A program made the position numbers and the translations under genes. The notes beneath the pieces are model-generated. The model searched no databases and had not been told where the DNA came from. It saw only the letters and a program-made list of their open reading frames with translations. From assembly GCA_965222375.1 (NCBI GenBank), contig CBDCTZ010000012.1, positions 576,001 through 640,000 of the forward strand: a stretch of DNA of 64,000 bases. Direction: 5' to 3'. The first letter of the stretch is position 1, and each line of letters starts with the position of its first letter. The DNA comes from Polyangiaceae bacterium. GTDB taxonomy: Bacteria > Myxococcota_A > Polyangia > Polyangiales > Polyangiaceae. Of this stretch, positions 1-10,405 are shown one piece after another.

Positions 1-96
1 CGCGTCCGTAACCTGCAGCGTGAACGTGCCCGTGAGGAGCAAAACTTGAACGACGAGCTTCGAGAAGTGCTCGACGACGCGGGCGGTGACCTATGA
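1..96 (+). CDS. 3' end of upstream gene (partial), likely a coiled-coil/TPR protein of the gliding cluster
   Basis: Frame 1 is open from base 1 (RVRNLQRERAREEQNLNDELREVLDDAGGDL*). Its TGA at 94-96 overlaps the ATG of the next gene (ATGA). Confidence 0.7.
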   Translation, partial: RVRNLQRERAREEQNLNDELREVLDDAGGDL

Positions 97-3000
97 GTTC
101 CCGTTCGGCTTCGTCGATCGCATGGATGGTCGGCCTAGGCGCGCTATCGGTCCTTGCTGGGCCCAGAGTGGCTTGGTCTCAGGCCGGAGCGACGCCACCC
201 GCGGCAGCCGGCGGGGCTGCGGCCGGTGCGGGTGGGAGCGGTGCATCCTCCGGTGCGTTGCCCCCGGCTACGACACCGCCGCCCAGCACCAAGACGCCGA
301 GTGCGCCGCCGATCAAATTCAAGAAGAACGCGCCACCTCCACCGCCTCCCACAGCAGCCCAGCTCCGCGCACTCAAGATCCTGCAGGCTGAGGCCAAAGA
401 GTACGAAAAAGGGGCCAAACACTTCCGCGACACGCTCACGATGATTGTGAGGCACCACTACGAAGAGCGTCGCCGCCGTATCTTGACCGCCCTTGATCGC
501 GAGATCGGTATCGAAAAGAAGGGCCTGCGAGACGCCCGTGCTGAAGCCATCAAGCGACTCGAGAAGTTCATCGCCGTCTACAGCGGCGCCAACGCACATC
601 CGGTGGCGACTCCGGACGCCATGTTTCGCTTGGCCGCGCTCTACGAAGAGCGGGCGAGGGAGAGCCAAGACGCGGACGTTGCGACGGGTCTCGACCCCGC
701 GATCAACCTGTATCGGCGCATCATCACCGAGTACCCGAACTACGAAGAGATTGCCGCTGTGCACTACTTCCTGGGACACGCCTACACGGACTCGGCGCGC
801 CTGGAGGAGGGTCAGCAGGCGTGGCGGGTACTGGTCTGTTCGAACAAGTTCCAGGTCAAGCAGGACCCAGACGATACGGGCAAGATCACGGTTCAGGACC
901 TGCCACAAGACCACGACCAGAAGTTCTGGAACGACTGGTACAACAAGCACCCTGTACCTCTCGATCAGCTGGGCAAGCTCGGGAACAAGCCGGCCAAGAA
1001 GCGCAAGGCCGACCCGATGGGGACGGACGAAGAAGAGCTGACGTTCAAGGACCCTTACGGTGAGTGCAAGCCGCTACCCCAGAACCTGAAGCCCGGCGAG
1101 CAACCCCGTTACCTCGCTGAGGTTTGGTGGCAGATCGGTAACTTCCACTTCGACCAAATCGACCCCAAAGGCGGGCCCTACAACCTCAATCGCGCCGTGA
1201 GCGCCTACGACCACAGTCTCGAATACAAGAAGCCGCCCCTCTACGGCGTTTCCATGTACAAGCAGGCGTGGACCTACTTCAAACAACAGCGCTACAGCAC
1301 GGCCACGGAGTGGTTCGTCAAGCTGTTGCACTATGCTGACGAGCAGGAGGCGAAGACCGGCGATCCAGGAGCAGACTTCCGCCAGGAAGCATTCACCTAC
1401 ATCGCCGGATCCTTGACCTACGTGGACTTCGCGGGGCCGCCACCTCAAGATCCCTACATCCCGCGCAACGATGTGCTGGATCTCGAATCGGATCCTGTGA
1501 TTGCCGAGCAGAAGATGGCGATCGCCATCGAGCGCGTGCAAGACCCGAAGCTGATCCCGCAGGACAAGAAGTGGACGGTCGAGATCTACAAGGCGCTTGC
1601 CCAAGAGTTCATCGAGATCACGCAGAACCGCAATGCCATCGCGACGCTAGAGCTCACGCTCAAGAAGTTCCCGATGGATCGCGATGCTCCGGTGATGCAG
1701 AACAAGGTTGCCGAGCTATACGATCAGCTCTCGCGCCTCTCGCCGGAAGGCTCTGCCGCAAAGGCGGAATACAGCGCCAAGGCGTTGAAGGCCCGGACGC
1801 TCCTAGCGCAGTACGTAGGGGCGACGCCTTGGACGGACGCGAACAAGGACGATCCCGAAGCACTGGCGCAGGCCGAAGCGCTGGTCAAGGGTGGACTGAA
1901 GCGGGCGGCTGCGGATCACACCAACGCAGCGCGGGCGTCCTACAACCAGGCGCTGGAACGCAGCGACCCGGGTGAGCAGCGAGCCCTGATCGAGAAGTCC
2001 ATCGAGGAATACAAGCTCGCGGAGACGGGTTGGGCCGCTTACATCGCCCAGGATCCCAACGCCCTCGACGCCTACGAGAGCAAGTTCTGGCTTGCCGATG
2101 CGCGCTATTGGGTCGTTGTGCTTCAGGTAACGATTGAACGCACACCGTCACCGGCCGAGGTTTCTGGCGCCCGTGAGGCTGCCATCACTGTCCGAGACTC
2201 GAACGAGGACGACAAGTACCTGCAGCCGGCGGCGTACTACGTGGTCACGCTGGCGGACAAGGTGCTCGAAGACCACCACCGCCAGTTCGAGGAGAGCAAG
2301 GGTGCTCGAGGTATCGAAAAGCGTGAAAAAGTCGAGCGCACCGGGGATGGTCCTGACGCGAAGGTCGTCAAGGTTGCGGTGCCGCAACCCGTAGTCGATA
2401 CGATCACGGCGCGAGACGAATACAACGCTCGCATTCCCCTGGATCGCGACCCGAAGCAGAACGGCACGTTGTATGCGTTCCAAGGCGCGGACAACTACTA
2501 CGTATATGGGCAGTTCGACCAAGCCCGCCCACGCTTCAAGGCGCTCTACGACCAGTATTGCGGCACGAACAAGTGGGGCTTCAAAGCCTGGGAACGGCTG
2601 ATCGACATGGCCGCTCTGGAGGGCGACGCAAAGGCCAGTACCAAGTTGGCCAAGGGCAAGAGCTGCGCTTACGACGAAGAGACGAAGGTCGCCGAGGAGG
2701 CCAAGCGCAAGCCCGTGATGCAGACCGCTGCCTACGCGGAAGCTGCCGAGCTGTTCAAGAAAGCCGAGAAGATGCCCGACGGGCCGGAGCGCAAGAAGAC
2801 CTGGCGCAAGGCAGCCGCGGCCTACAAGGTGGCACTCGACGCGGCCCCGGCGCGCAAGGAGGCACCTGAAGCCGCCATGAACGGCGCTTATGCGTACAAG
2901 CAGGTGGGCGAGTACGACAAGGCCATCGAGATGTACGAGCTATTCATCTCGCAGTACGGCAGTGAGAAGAAGCTGCAGGCGCTCAAGAACGGCGATCCGA

Positions 3001-4283
3001 ACGCAAAGCCGCCCAAGGCCGCCCAACCCAAGGAGTACGAGGACCGCGTCAAGTACTTGAAGACGGCGTACGACGCTCTGGCCGGGTCGTACGTGCTGTT
3101 TTTTGACTACCCAAAGGCCGCGCAGACCTTCGACAAGATCAGCAGCATCGAGCATTTCGCGCCCAAGGATCGGCGTGAAGCCGCTCGCCAGTCCATGTCT
3201 CTCTACGCGAGTTTGGGCGACCGGGGCGGCATGAACAAGGCGAGGAACCGGTTCAAGGCCTTGGGCGCGTCGCCCAAGGAGATTGCCGAGGCGGACTTCA
3301 TCATCGCTAGTTCCGACTTGAAGAAATGGGATGAGTTTTCACCGGACAAGGGCGCCAATCAGGCGGCGCGGAAGACTGCCCAGACGTCCATGTCGAACTA
3401 CTACGCCAAGAACAAGAACAACGGTGCAGCAGCGCAATGGGTTGTACATTCGGCCTATCACGTTGCAAAGATGAAGCACTCGTCTCGTCAGGGCGACACC
3501 AACAAATGGTGGGGCTACACCATTGCCGCCTACGACAAGTACAAGACGGTTGCCCCCGCCAAGGCCGGGAAGGGCGGCGCCAAGGGCTCCCCGGAGGCCG
3601 GCATGGCGGCACAAGCCGCGTACACCATGGTCGACGAAGATCTCGAGCGCAGGTGGGATTACGGCAACGTCGCGAAGCACAAGTACAAGGGCACGGCTGT
3701 CAAGGTCATCGGCGCGTACCGTAAGAACGCTCTGGAAGCGAAGAAGTGGTACGACAAGCTTCAGGCGATCATCGACAAGTATGTGTCGCCCGAGTGGAGC
3801 ACCGTCGCAATCGCGCGTCAGGGCACGGTGTACGACTCTCTTCGGACGGGCCTGTACAACACGCGTCCGCCGAACCTCGTGATGTTCGACAAGAAGACCG
3901 AGGCGCTGCTGAAGAAGGCAGAAAACAGCGACAATCCGGACTTGCAAGAGAAAGCAGACGCGGTGCGCGTGAAGGTCCAAAAAGCTTGGCGCGACGCTCG
4001 CGATAAGGAAATCGACAGTGCGGACGGCATCGTCGTCGACCGCTATGGCAACGCAATCGTCCTGGCTCGACGCTATAGCGTCTCAAATCCGGGTGTGACC
4101 CATGCCATCCGCCGCCTCGCGTTTCTAACGGACGTGATTGGCGAGGCGAAGATGAAGCAGCACGCGGCGGGCGTGAAGGATCTGAACTACACGGACGGTA
4201 TGTTCCTCAGGATGCGACCGGGGCAGGTGACCTCGCCGGAGCCCGAAGGCATGCCGCGACCGCTGCCGGTATTGGCACGCTGA
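93..4283 (+). CDS. gltD: Large secreted TPR protein, GltD/AgmU-like gliding motility protein
   Basis: 1396 aa with signal peptide and several TPR-like segments (DAMFRLAALYEE, VHYFLGHAY, YKQAWTYFKQ). It is the first complete gene of a gltD-E-F-G-like order. Confidence 0.75.
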   Translation: MSSRSASSIAWMVGLGALSVLAGPRVAWSQAGATPPAAAGGAAAGAGGSGASSGALPPATTPPPSTKTPSAPPIKFKKNAPPPPPPTAAQLRALKILQAEAKEYEKGAKHFRDTLTMIVRHHYEERRRRILTALDREIGIEKKGLRDARAEAIKRLEKFIAVYSGANAHPVATPDAMFRLAALYEERARESQDADVATGLDPAINLYRRIITEYPNYEEIAAVHYFLGHAYTDSARLEEGQQAWRVLVCSNKFQVKQDPDDTGKITVQDLPQDHDQKFWNDWYNKHPVPLDQLGKLGNKPAKKRKADPMGTDEEELTFKDPYGECKPLPQNLKPGEQPRYLAEVWWQIGNFHFDQIDPKGGPYNLNRAVSAYDHSLEYKKPPLYGVSMYKQAWTYFKQQRYSTATEWFVKLLHYADEQEAKTGDPGADFRQEAFTYIAGSLTYVDFAGPPPQDPYIPRNDVLDLESDPVIAEQKMAIAIERVQDPKLIPQDKKWTVEIYKALAQEFIEITQNRNAIATLELTLKKFPMDRDAPVMQNKVAELYDQLSRLSPEGSAAKAEYSAKALKARTLLAQYVGATPWTDANKDDPEALAQAEALVKGGLKRAAADHTNAARASYNQALERSDPGEQRALIEKSIEEYKLAETGWAAYIAQDPNALDAYESKFWLADARYWVVVLQVTIERTPSPAEVSGAREAAITVRDSNEDDKYLQPAAYYVVTLADKVLEDHHRQFEESKGARGIEKREKVERTGDGPDAKVVKVAVPQPVVDTITARDEYNARIPLDRDPKQNGTLYAFQGADNYYVYGQFDQARPRFKALYDQYCGTNKWGFKAWERLIDMAALEGDAKASTKLAKGKSCAYDEETKVAEEAKRKPVMQTAAYAEAAELFKKAEKMPDGPERKKTWRKAAAAYKVALDAAPARKEAPEAAMNGAYAYKQVGEYDKAIEMYELFISQYGSEKKLQALKNGDPNAKPPKAAQPKEYEDRVKYLKTAYDALAGSYVLFFDYPKAAQTFDKISSIEHFAPKDRREAARQSMSLYASLGDRGGMNKARNRFKALGASPKEIAEADFIIASSDLKKWDEFSPDKGANQAARKTAQTSMSNYYAKNKNNGAAAQWVVHSAYHVAKMKHSSRQGDTNKWWGYTIAAYDKYKTVAPAKAGKGGAKGSPEAGMAAQAAYTMVDEDLERRWDYGNVAKHKYKGTAVKVIGAYRKNALEAKKWYDKLQAIIDKYVSPEWSTVAIARQGTVYDSLRTGLYNTRPPNLVMFDKKTEALLKKAENSDNPDLQEKADAVRVKVQKAWRDARDKEIDSADGIVVDRYGNAIVLARRYSVSNPGVTHAIRRLAFLTDVIGEAKMKQHAAGVKDLNYTDGMFLRMRPGQVTSPEPEGMPRPLPVLAR

Positions 4284-4294
4284 GGAGGCGCAGG

Positions 4295-5647
4295 ATGCGA
4301 TTCAACTCATGGGCAGCTTTTTCACTCGCAGTGCTGCTGGGCATCAGCAGCACTGCGTGCGGCGGAAAGCAGGGAGACAGTAAGCTCCCCACTGGAACCA
4401 AAGTCGACACCCCCGCGACCGGAGGACCCGGTGCGGTCTATTCCCCCACCGGCCAGCAGTACGCGGTGACAGATGCGCCCTCCAGTGGGGAGGCGGCGAC
4501 CAATCGTCCCCGGATGAACGCCAAAGCTCAAGCCGCGTATCAGGCTGGGATGGCAGCGTTCCAGGCGGGGGACTTGGCGGGGGCCAAGCAGCAATTCACT
4601 CAAGCGACCCAGGCGGACTCCAAGGCCTACCAGGCGTACTATTCCCTGGGCGTGGTTCGAGAGCGGTTGGGGGAGGTCAGCGGGGCGCAGAGCTCATATC
4701 AGAAGGCTGTCAGCGTAGTGCCAGACTACGAACCCGCCATCGTCGCTTACGCCAAGCTGGCCGCGCGGGCCGGACGGATCGGTGAGGCCGAGTCGTTCTT
4801 GAACTCGAAGCTCTCCAAGATGCCCAAGAGCGCGGCGGTTCCCGCGGCGCTAGCCGAGGTGAAGAGCATTCAAGGCAACAGCTCCGAGGCCCAGAAGTAC
4901 GCTCGGGACGCTCTCAAGAAGAATCCCGACTACAGGCCCGCCATGATTGTGATCGCTCGAGATCACTATCGGCGCCGTCGCTTGGATCTAGCGCTGTACT
5001 CATTGCAGGCGATTCTCGATGGCTTTGGCGACGAGAACCCCGCCCGGGACAAGGACAATGCCGAGGCCAGGTTGTTGCGCGCTCTGATCTACAAGGAGCA
5101 GGGCAATCGAAAAGGCGCCATGGAGGACTTTCGAGCTGCCATGAAGACGCGTCCAGATCTGGTCGAGGCGCGCGTGCACCTTGCGAGCTACCACCTCGAG
5201 GGCGGCAACGCGAGCAGCGCCGTGCAGCTACTCGAGACTGCGCTGAAGTACGATAGTCGTCATGTGCTGGCTCGGCTGAACCTGGGGGACGCTTATCGTT
5301 TGCTCGGCAAGACCGCTCAGGCCAAGAAGGAGTTGGAGTGGGTCGCGAACAAGGACCCGCAGTTGGCGCAAGTTCACTACAACCTTGGGTTGCTCTATCT
5401 CTTCAGTGACAGCGTGCCCGGCGTATCGAAGCTGCAGTCCGTGCAAAAAGCCATCACTGAGCTCGAGACCTACAAGAAGATGAAGCCCCGGGCGAAAGCC
5501 GGCGAGAAGGACGACACGGACGAGCTGATCACCCGCGCCAAGACCAAGAAGGCGATTATCGAGTCCCAGCAGGCCGAGAAGGCCAAACCCAAGAAGTCGA
5601 GCAAGAAGTCTGCCGGCTCGATGCCTTCCACTGGAGGTAAGAAGTGA
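4295..5647 (+). CDS. gltE: TPR lipoprotein, GltE/AglT-like
   Basis: Lipobox (STAC), continuous TPR repeats (AYYSLGVV, ARLNLGDAYR, VHYNLGLLY), RBS GAGGAGG; lies after the gltD-like gene. Confidence 0.75.
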   Translation: MRFNSWAAFSLAVLLGISSTACGGKQGDSKLPTGTKVDTPATGGPGAVYSPTGQQYAVTDAPSSGEAATNRPRMNAKAQAAYQAGMAAFQAGDLAGAKQQFTQATQADSKAYQAYYSLGVVRERLGEVSGAQSSYQKAVSVVPDYEPAIVAYAKLAARAGRIGEAESFLNSKLSKMPKSAAVPAALAEVKSIQGNSSEAQKYARDALKKNPDYRPAMIVIARDHYRRRRLDLALYSLQAILDGFGDENPARDKDNAEARLLRALIYKEQGNRKGAMEDFRAAMKTRPDLVEARVHLASYHLEGGNASSAVQLLETALKYDSRHVLARLNLGDAYRLLGKTAQAKKELEWVANKDPQLAQVHYNLGLLYLFSDSVPGVSKLQSVQKAITELETYKKMKPRAKAGEKDDTDELITRAKTKKAIIESQQAEKAKPKKSSKKSAGSMPSTGGKK

Positions 5648-5889
5648 TGAACCGCTGCCTTTTCATGACTCTCGCAGCCACGTTCGTGGTCTCCGCCTTT
5701 GCGCAGTCTGCCTCGGCGCAAGCCAAGGGTCGCGTGGTCACGATCAGTGAGGTAACGATCGTCGGACGAGTTCAGAAGCCGATCGCAGCTGTGGACGTCA
5801 GTCGCATCCAGCCGAAGTTGACCCTTGCCGAGTTGCGGCAGCCGTTTCTGCACCGAATCGAAAAAGCGCTGTACAGCGATCCTTTTTGA
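5644..5889 (+). CDS. gltF: Small secreted protein, GltF/CglF-like
   Basis: 81 aa, signal peptide, motif TIVGRVQKP, C-terminal ...DPF; synteny after gltE. Confidence 0.7.
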   Translation: MMNRCLFMTLAATFVVSAFAQSASAQAKGRVVTISEVTIVGRVQKPIAAVDVSRIQPKLTLAELRQPFLHRIEKALYSDPF

Positions 5890-6518
5890 GCTGGCGAGGC
5901 TACCTGGAAGGCACGGCAGTGGCCGCATTGCTTCTGGTGGCGGCGGTGGCGACGGTTGGATCCATCTGGCTGAGCTACCGTCCCTTGGTGAAGCTGCAAC
6001 GAGCAGAGGGGCGCCACCTCGAGAAGATGGGTGGGATCCCTCGCGCGCCCAGCCTGAGCAGCCTTCGAGCCCGCGTGCAGCGCCTACCGGATTCGGATCT
6101 CCGCTCCGCCATTGGTGCCGTGCTCGATGCGGAGGATGCCGCCGAAGCCGTGTACGCCGTCACCGAGATTTCCCTTCTTGCCCAGGCCGAGGTTCGCCGA
6201 GTGGGATACCTGCCCAAAGTAGCGGGTCGAATCGCACTAGCGACGGGCAGTCTAGTTGCCCTCGTCGTGCTGTCCCAATCCATCCCGACCGGCTCCCCCG
6301 CCATCCGGGAGGCGGGCATTGCGTTCGGCATAGGGCTTCTAGGTGCCGTCATCTGCACCTTCTTGGCTCGCCGACTGGAGCAGCTCCTGGAGCGGCGCAG
6401 GGAGCTGTGGACCCGCCTCCTCGACGCGCTCGGCCATCTTGCCGAAGGCACACATTTGCCTACAGTGGAATTGGACGGGAAAAACCCATCAGTGGACCTC
6501 CAGCCCGAGCCTGACTAA
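5886..6518 (+). CDS. Membrane protein with degenerate MotA/TolQ/ExbB-like layout
   Basis: N-terminal TM helix, soluble helical region, then a helical TM hairpin (IALATGSLVALVVL...GIAFGIGLLGAVICTFL). TTG start overlaps the gltF stop. Confidence 0.55.
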   Translation: MSWRGYLEGTAVAALLLVAAVATVGSIWLSYRPLVKLQRAEGRHLEKMGGIPRAPSLSSLRARVQRLPDSDLRSAIGAVLDAEDAAEAVYAVTEISLLAQAEVRRVGYLPKVAGRIALATGSLVALVVLSQSIPTGSPAIREAGIAFGIGLLGAVICTFLARRLEQLLERRRELWTRLLDALGHLAEGTHLPTVELDGKNPSVDLQPEPD

Positions 6519-6619
6519 TCTAAGTCGCGAGCAAGCGGAACTTTCGGGTGCGGCCCGTTGTCTGACGCCCGTTGCCCCACGCCTATCGTGGGGCCTTCGA
6601 AGACCCTCTAGGAGAACCG

Positions 6620-8041
6620 ATGACCCAGCAGCCCTACCCAACCCCAGGTGGCGCCCAACGTCCGGGGCAGATGACGGCCGTGATGCGGGCCGTCGCCCTT
6701 TCCGGGCCGAAGGTGCTGCGAATTGGTTTGGTGCAAGGTGGCCGCATCATCGAAGAGCGCATCATCAAACAGCGCACGCATGTCACAGTGGGTCCGAGCG
6801 AGAAGAGCATGTTCGTGATCGCCACGCAGAACGTGCCCCCGAGCTTCCGTTTGTTCGAGTTGGTCGGCAACGAGTACCAGTTGAATTTCCTAGACGGAAT
6901 GACGGGTCGAATCGCGCTGCCCACCGGCATTTCCGATCTGAACATGCTCAAGGGGCAAGCACGTCGTACGCCTCAAGGCGCGTACCAGGTTCGCCTGACC
7001 GAAGACTCCCGTGGCAAGGTTGTCGTGGGCAACACGACGATCCTGTTTCAGTTCGTCACCCCTCCGCCGGTGCAGCCAAAACCGCAATTGCCGGTGAGTG
7101 TTACGAGCGGGGCCACCAGTATCGACTGGGGCACGACGATGATTGCGGCGTTCTCGTTCTTGCTCCACTTCCTGGCTATCGGCGCGATCTACTCGGACTG
7201 GCTCGATCCCGTCATCGATGATGAGGTGAACGTAGCTGGGTTGGTAGACTCGGTGAAATCTCTGCCGCCACCACCGCCCATCGAAGAAGCCGAAATCGAT
7301 CCGGATGCGAACGCCGAAAAGGCAGAAAAGGCCGAAGCCCCGAAGAAGGCTGCCAAGAAAGGCGGTGGCGCCAAAGGCCAGGGCGGCAAAGCTGGTCCCA
7401 TGTCAGCCGGTCAGGCCGCAAAGCTCTCTCAAGAGTTGGATCAACTCGAGATGGCCACGCTAGGCGCGCTGTCGAGTGAAGGCCCAGCGACGGCGGGCGT
7501 TCTCAAGGGTGGCGAAGTTCCCACGAGCGCATTGGACGCCGCTGCCGCAAGTGGTGCGGGCGTCTCCGCAGGCGGGCCGGGAAGCCTACGCCTGGGTGGC
7601 GGTGGGGGGCCGATTCGCCCCGGCACCGGCGCCGGCAGTGGCCTCGCTGGTCTAGCCAATACCGGTAAAGGCAAGGGCACCGGCGGCTCCGGTGACGTCA
7701 AGAAGGTCAAGGGACCGAGGGGTAGCGCTGCAGTTGGTGGAGCCGCGGTCAGTGGCGGCACCGTAAGCAATGCTTCGCGCGTCGTCGCAGGGATGCGTGC
7801 AGGCTTCCGAGCTTGCTACAATCGCGGCTTGGCCGTGAACCCGGACGCCCAAGGTAGTATTCGTCTGACCATCCGAGTTGGCCCCGGTGGTGAGGTACAG
7901 GGGGTCAGCGCCGGTGCGAGCGGCAATTTGCCAGGGTCCGTGGTGAGCTGTGTGCGGTCCCGAGCGTCCGCGGCTCAGTTCGACCCACCGGAGGGTGGCA
8001 GTGCCGTGATCAATGTGCCGGTGAGCTTCGTCAAGCAATAG
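6620..8041 (+). CDS. gltG: GltG/PglI-like protein (FHA-like N-terminus, TM, Gly-rich linker, TonB-C-like domain)
   Basis: ATG 6620 after GGAG. N-terminal beta domain (LRIGLVQGGRIIEERII), TM SFLLHFLAIGAI, C-terminal FRACYNRGL...INVPVSF typical of AgmX/PglI C-terminal domains. Confidence 0.75.
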   Translation: MTQQPYPTPGGAQRPGQMTAVMRAVALSGPKVLRIGLVQGGRIIEERIIKQRTHVTVGPSEKSMFVIATQNVPPSFRLFELVGNEYQLNFLDGMTGRIALPTGISDLNMLKGQARRTPQGAYQVRLTEDSRGKVVVGNTTILFQFVTPPPVQPKPQLPVSVTSGATSIDWGTTMIAAFSFLLHFLAIGAIYSDWLDPVIDDEVNVAGLVDSVKSLPPPPPIEEAEIDPDANAEKAEKAEAPKKAAKKGGGAKGQGGKAGPMSAGQAAKLSQELDQLEMATLGALSSEGPATAGVLKGGEVPTSALDAAAASGAGVSAGGPGSLRLGGGGGPIRPGTGAGSGLAGLANTGKGKGTGGSGDVKKVKGPRGSAAVGGAAVSGGTVSNASRVVAGMRAGFRACYNRGLAVNPDAQGSIRLTIRVGPGGEVQGVSAGASGNLPGSVVSCVRSRASAAQFDPPEGGSAVINVPVSFVKQ

Positions 8042-8274
8042 CCACCCGCGAGGCGTTCGAGGCGCCGTCTACACCCAGAATCGAGCTCAGGCTCGGACGG
8101 TGCTCCATGAATGAGCCCTGGGCCCGTTCTGATCTACTGCCCCCAGGACGTTTGGGATGAATACCCAGGGGGTGGGTTGCATCGAACCAGGGTGCCACTC
8201 CTGCGCGCGCCGCCCGGGTGGCTGCCTCCCTCAAAGGTCCAAAATCATGCAACTTTTCCGGAAAAAGCGCTTCG

Positions 8275-8303
8275 TTGACAGCACAAAACCCGCTCCCTAT
8301 ACT
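8275..8303 (+). promoter_or_regulatory. Sigma70-type promoter
   Basis: TTGACA (8275-8280), 17 nt spacer, TATACT (8298-8303), 36 nt upstream of ATG 8340. Confidence 0.75.
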
Positions 8304-8339
8304 GCCGGGCGTTCCAGGGAGAGAGGGAGTCTCAGGGTA

Positions 8340-8909
8340 ATGGGAAAACGAATTTGGGCCGGAGCCGTCGCCATGAGCGTCGTCGCAGCAATGAGTGCGG
8401 CGGACGCGCAACCTGCGGGCAACGCAGGCGGCCAACAGGCGCCCGAAGTCGCGGTGCAGAACGTCGAGTCGCTCACGCTAGGGCAGATGAAGGCGCTCGC
8501 TAGCAAGTACCTGAAGGCGATGGGCCAGGATTCGGCGACCATTCGCCGGATGCTCTCGGAAGCCCGCGAAAAACGCGACGTGGTGAAGGTGCTCTGCCTG
8601 GACGACAAGCTGAATCAAGCGGATGTGGCAACGCGGTCCGCTGGGGACCGCAAACCTAATCTCGACGCAGCGGCCAAGTCCAACGACAAGGACCAGGGCA
8701 AGCACGAGTTTACTGTCATTCAAACTCTGCGCGAGCGCGTGAAAAGCCTGGTGGCGGAAGCGAATCAGTGCATCGGCGAAGAAACTGGATTCGTCGGCGA
8801 CACCGAGGTGACTGTAGACGTTGACCCCACCATTCCTGATGATCCCTCCAACTTTCCTGATGACCCGTTGATCTCTCAGCCCCCCCCGGTTAGCAGTCCC
8901 ACGCAGTGA
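8340..8909 (+). CDS. Secreted helical hypothetical protein
   Basis: ATG 8340, signal peptide (..AADA/Q), helical core with two Cys (VLCLDDKL, ANQCIGEE), acidic Pro-rich tail. Confidence 0.75.
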   Translation: MGKRIWAGAVAMSVVAAMSAADAQPAGNAGGQQAPEVAVQNVESLTLGQMKALASKYLKAMGQDSATIRRMLSEAREKRDVVKVLCLDDKLNQADVATRSAGDRKPNLDAAAKSNDKDQGKHEFTVIQTLRERVKSLVAEANQCIGEETGFVGDTEVTVDVDPTIPDDPSNFPDDPLISQPPPVSSPTQ

Positions 8910-8962
8910 CCCCGACGTGGGAATTGCGCGGGGGCGCTCTTCCCACTCGGGCCTGAACCACG

Positions 8963-10324
8963 ATGAAACTACGCGCCTTTCTTGTGGCGACGCTTGGCGT
9001 CGCATCCCTGACTCTTTCCGCGTCGGCTCAAAACCAGCCGTGGCTGAAGGACCGAGCTACCGGCGAAGGCATTGGCATTCGCACCGGCAACCTCGAGCTG
9101 CACCCGTCGGTATCCGGCGAGTTGGGTTACGACTCCAACTACTTCCAGCGTGCCGATGACGAAGACCCGATCATTTCGATGATTCGGCTGCGTATTACGC
9201 CGTCGCTGACTCTGAGCACTTTGGGTGCACAGCGGCGTGGTGATGGCGGGAACGCGGCTCCACCAAAACTCACATTCAGAGCGGGCGTGTTCGGGGCATA
9301 CAACGAGCTGTTTGCTACAGACTCGGATTTTTCTGACGAGGCTAGTGAGCAGCGGCACTTCAATGCGGGTGCGAACTTCGCGTTGGACGTGCTGCCGCAG
9401 CGTCCCTGGGGCTTCGATCTGTACGGTGACTACTTGCGCACCGTTGAGCCCTCCAACGTGATTACGGCTGAGAGCTCTTTCGACCGGGACACGCTGCGAT
9501 TGGGATTGGGTGTGAACGCACGCCCTGGTGGTGGGCTATTCGAATGGCGCCTCGGCTACGAGATCGTCTACAGCTACTTTGAGCGTGATGCATTCCAGGA
9601 GCTCAACAACGCGCAGCACTACGTGAAGACTCGCGGTCGCTGGCGCTTCCTGCCCCGGACTGCACTTCTCTACGACGGACATATTGGCTTCTTGCGCTAC
9701 TCGGATGCGACGACTCAAAACGACTCGCAGGTTGTCCAATCGCGGATCGGGGTCAACGGGTTGGTCACCAACTCTTTTGCGTTGTTGGCAATGGGTGGCT
9801 GGACTGCCAGCTTCTACGACAGCACGAACACGCCGCAGCGGAACTACGAGGGTCCCGTGGTTCACGCTGAGGTCAAGTGGTTCCTGTTGCCTCAACCCAA
9901 GTTGCAGCCTGGTGACGCGACAGTGGGCTTGGCATCCATCGCCGTGGGTTACAATCGAGACTACTCCAACAGCTATCTAGGCGACTACTACCGACGCGAC
10001 CGCGGGTACGGAAACTTCCAGTATTTCATTGGTGGCGGCCGGGTCCTCCTCAGTGCCGAAGGCGGCTTGAGCCACATAACCCATTCGGAATCCTTCTTCC
10101 CGAACGGCACCGTGCGAAACGCGAGTTTCGGAGAAAACCGCGTGGACGCGCAGGCCTTCGTTGAATATCGGCCCAGCGATACCGTTGGGTTGAACCTGAC
10201 GGGGCGCTACAACGCGGCCCTCGACGACAATCGGGTTCGAACCAACCAGACCGATCCGACCCTGACGGACAACCTGCAGTTCTCGCGCTACGAAGTCTGG
10301 CTCGGCGCGCGCTGGTTCATGTGA
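8963..10324 (+). CDS. Outer-membrane beta-barrel, polysaccharide-export associated (EpsX/Wzp-like)
   Basis: Signal peptide, N-terminal GYDSN motif, alternating aromatic beta-strands, aromatic C-terminus (ARWFM); directly upstream of an OPX gene. Confidence 0.7.
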   Translation: MKLRAFLVATLGVASLTLSASAQNQPWLKDRATGEGIGIRTGNLELHPSVSGELGYDSNYFQRADDEDPIISMIRLRITPSLTLSTLGAQRRGDGGNAAPPKLTFRAGVFGAYNELFATDSDFSDEASEQRHFNAGANFALDVLPQRPWGFDLYGDYLRTVEPSNVITAESSFDRDTLRLGLGVNARPGGGLFEWRLGYEIVYSYFERDAFQELNNAQHYVKTRGRWRFLPRTALLYDGHIGFLRYSDATTQNDSQVVQSRIGVNGLVTNSFALLAMGGWTASFYDSTNTPQRNYEGPVVHAEVKWFLLPQPKLQPGDATVGLASIAVGYNRDYSNSYLGDYYRRDRGYGNFQYFIGGGRVLLSAEGGLSHITHSESFFPNGTVRNASFGENRVDAQAFVEYRPSDTVGLNLTGRYNAALDDNRVRTNQTDPTLTDNLQFSRYEVWLGARWFM

Positions 10325-10405
10325 TCGAACCCGGAGCGAGGTTCGGTCGTCACTTTCGCGTGGGCTGAACGCCCGGGCACTTTCGCGCCACTCACGCTTT
10401 GCTCC

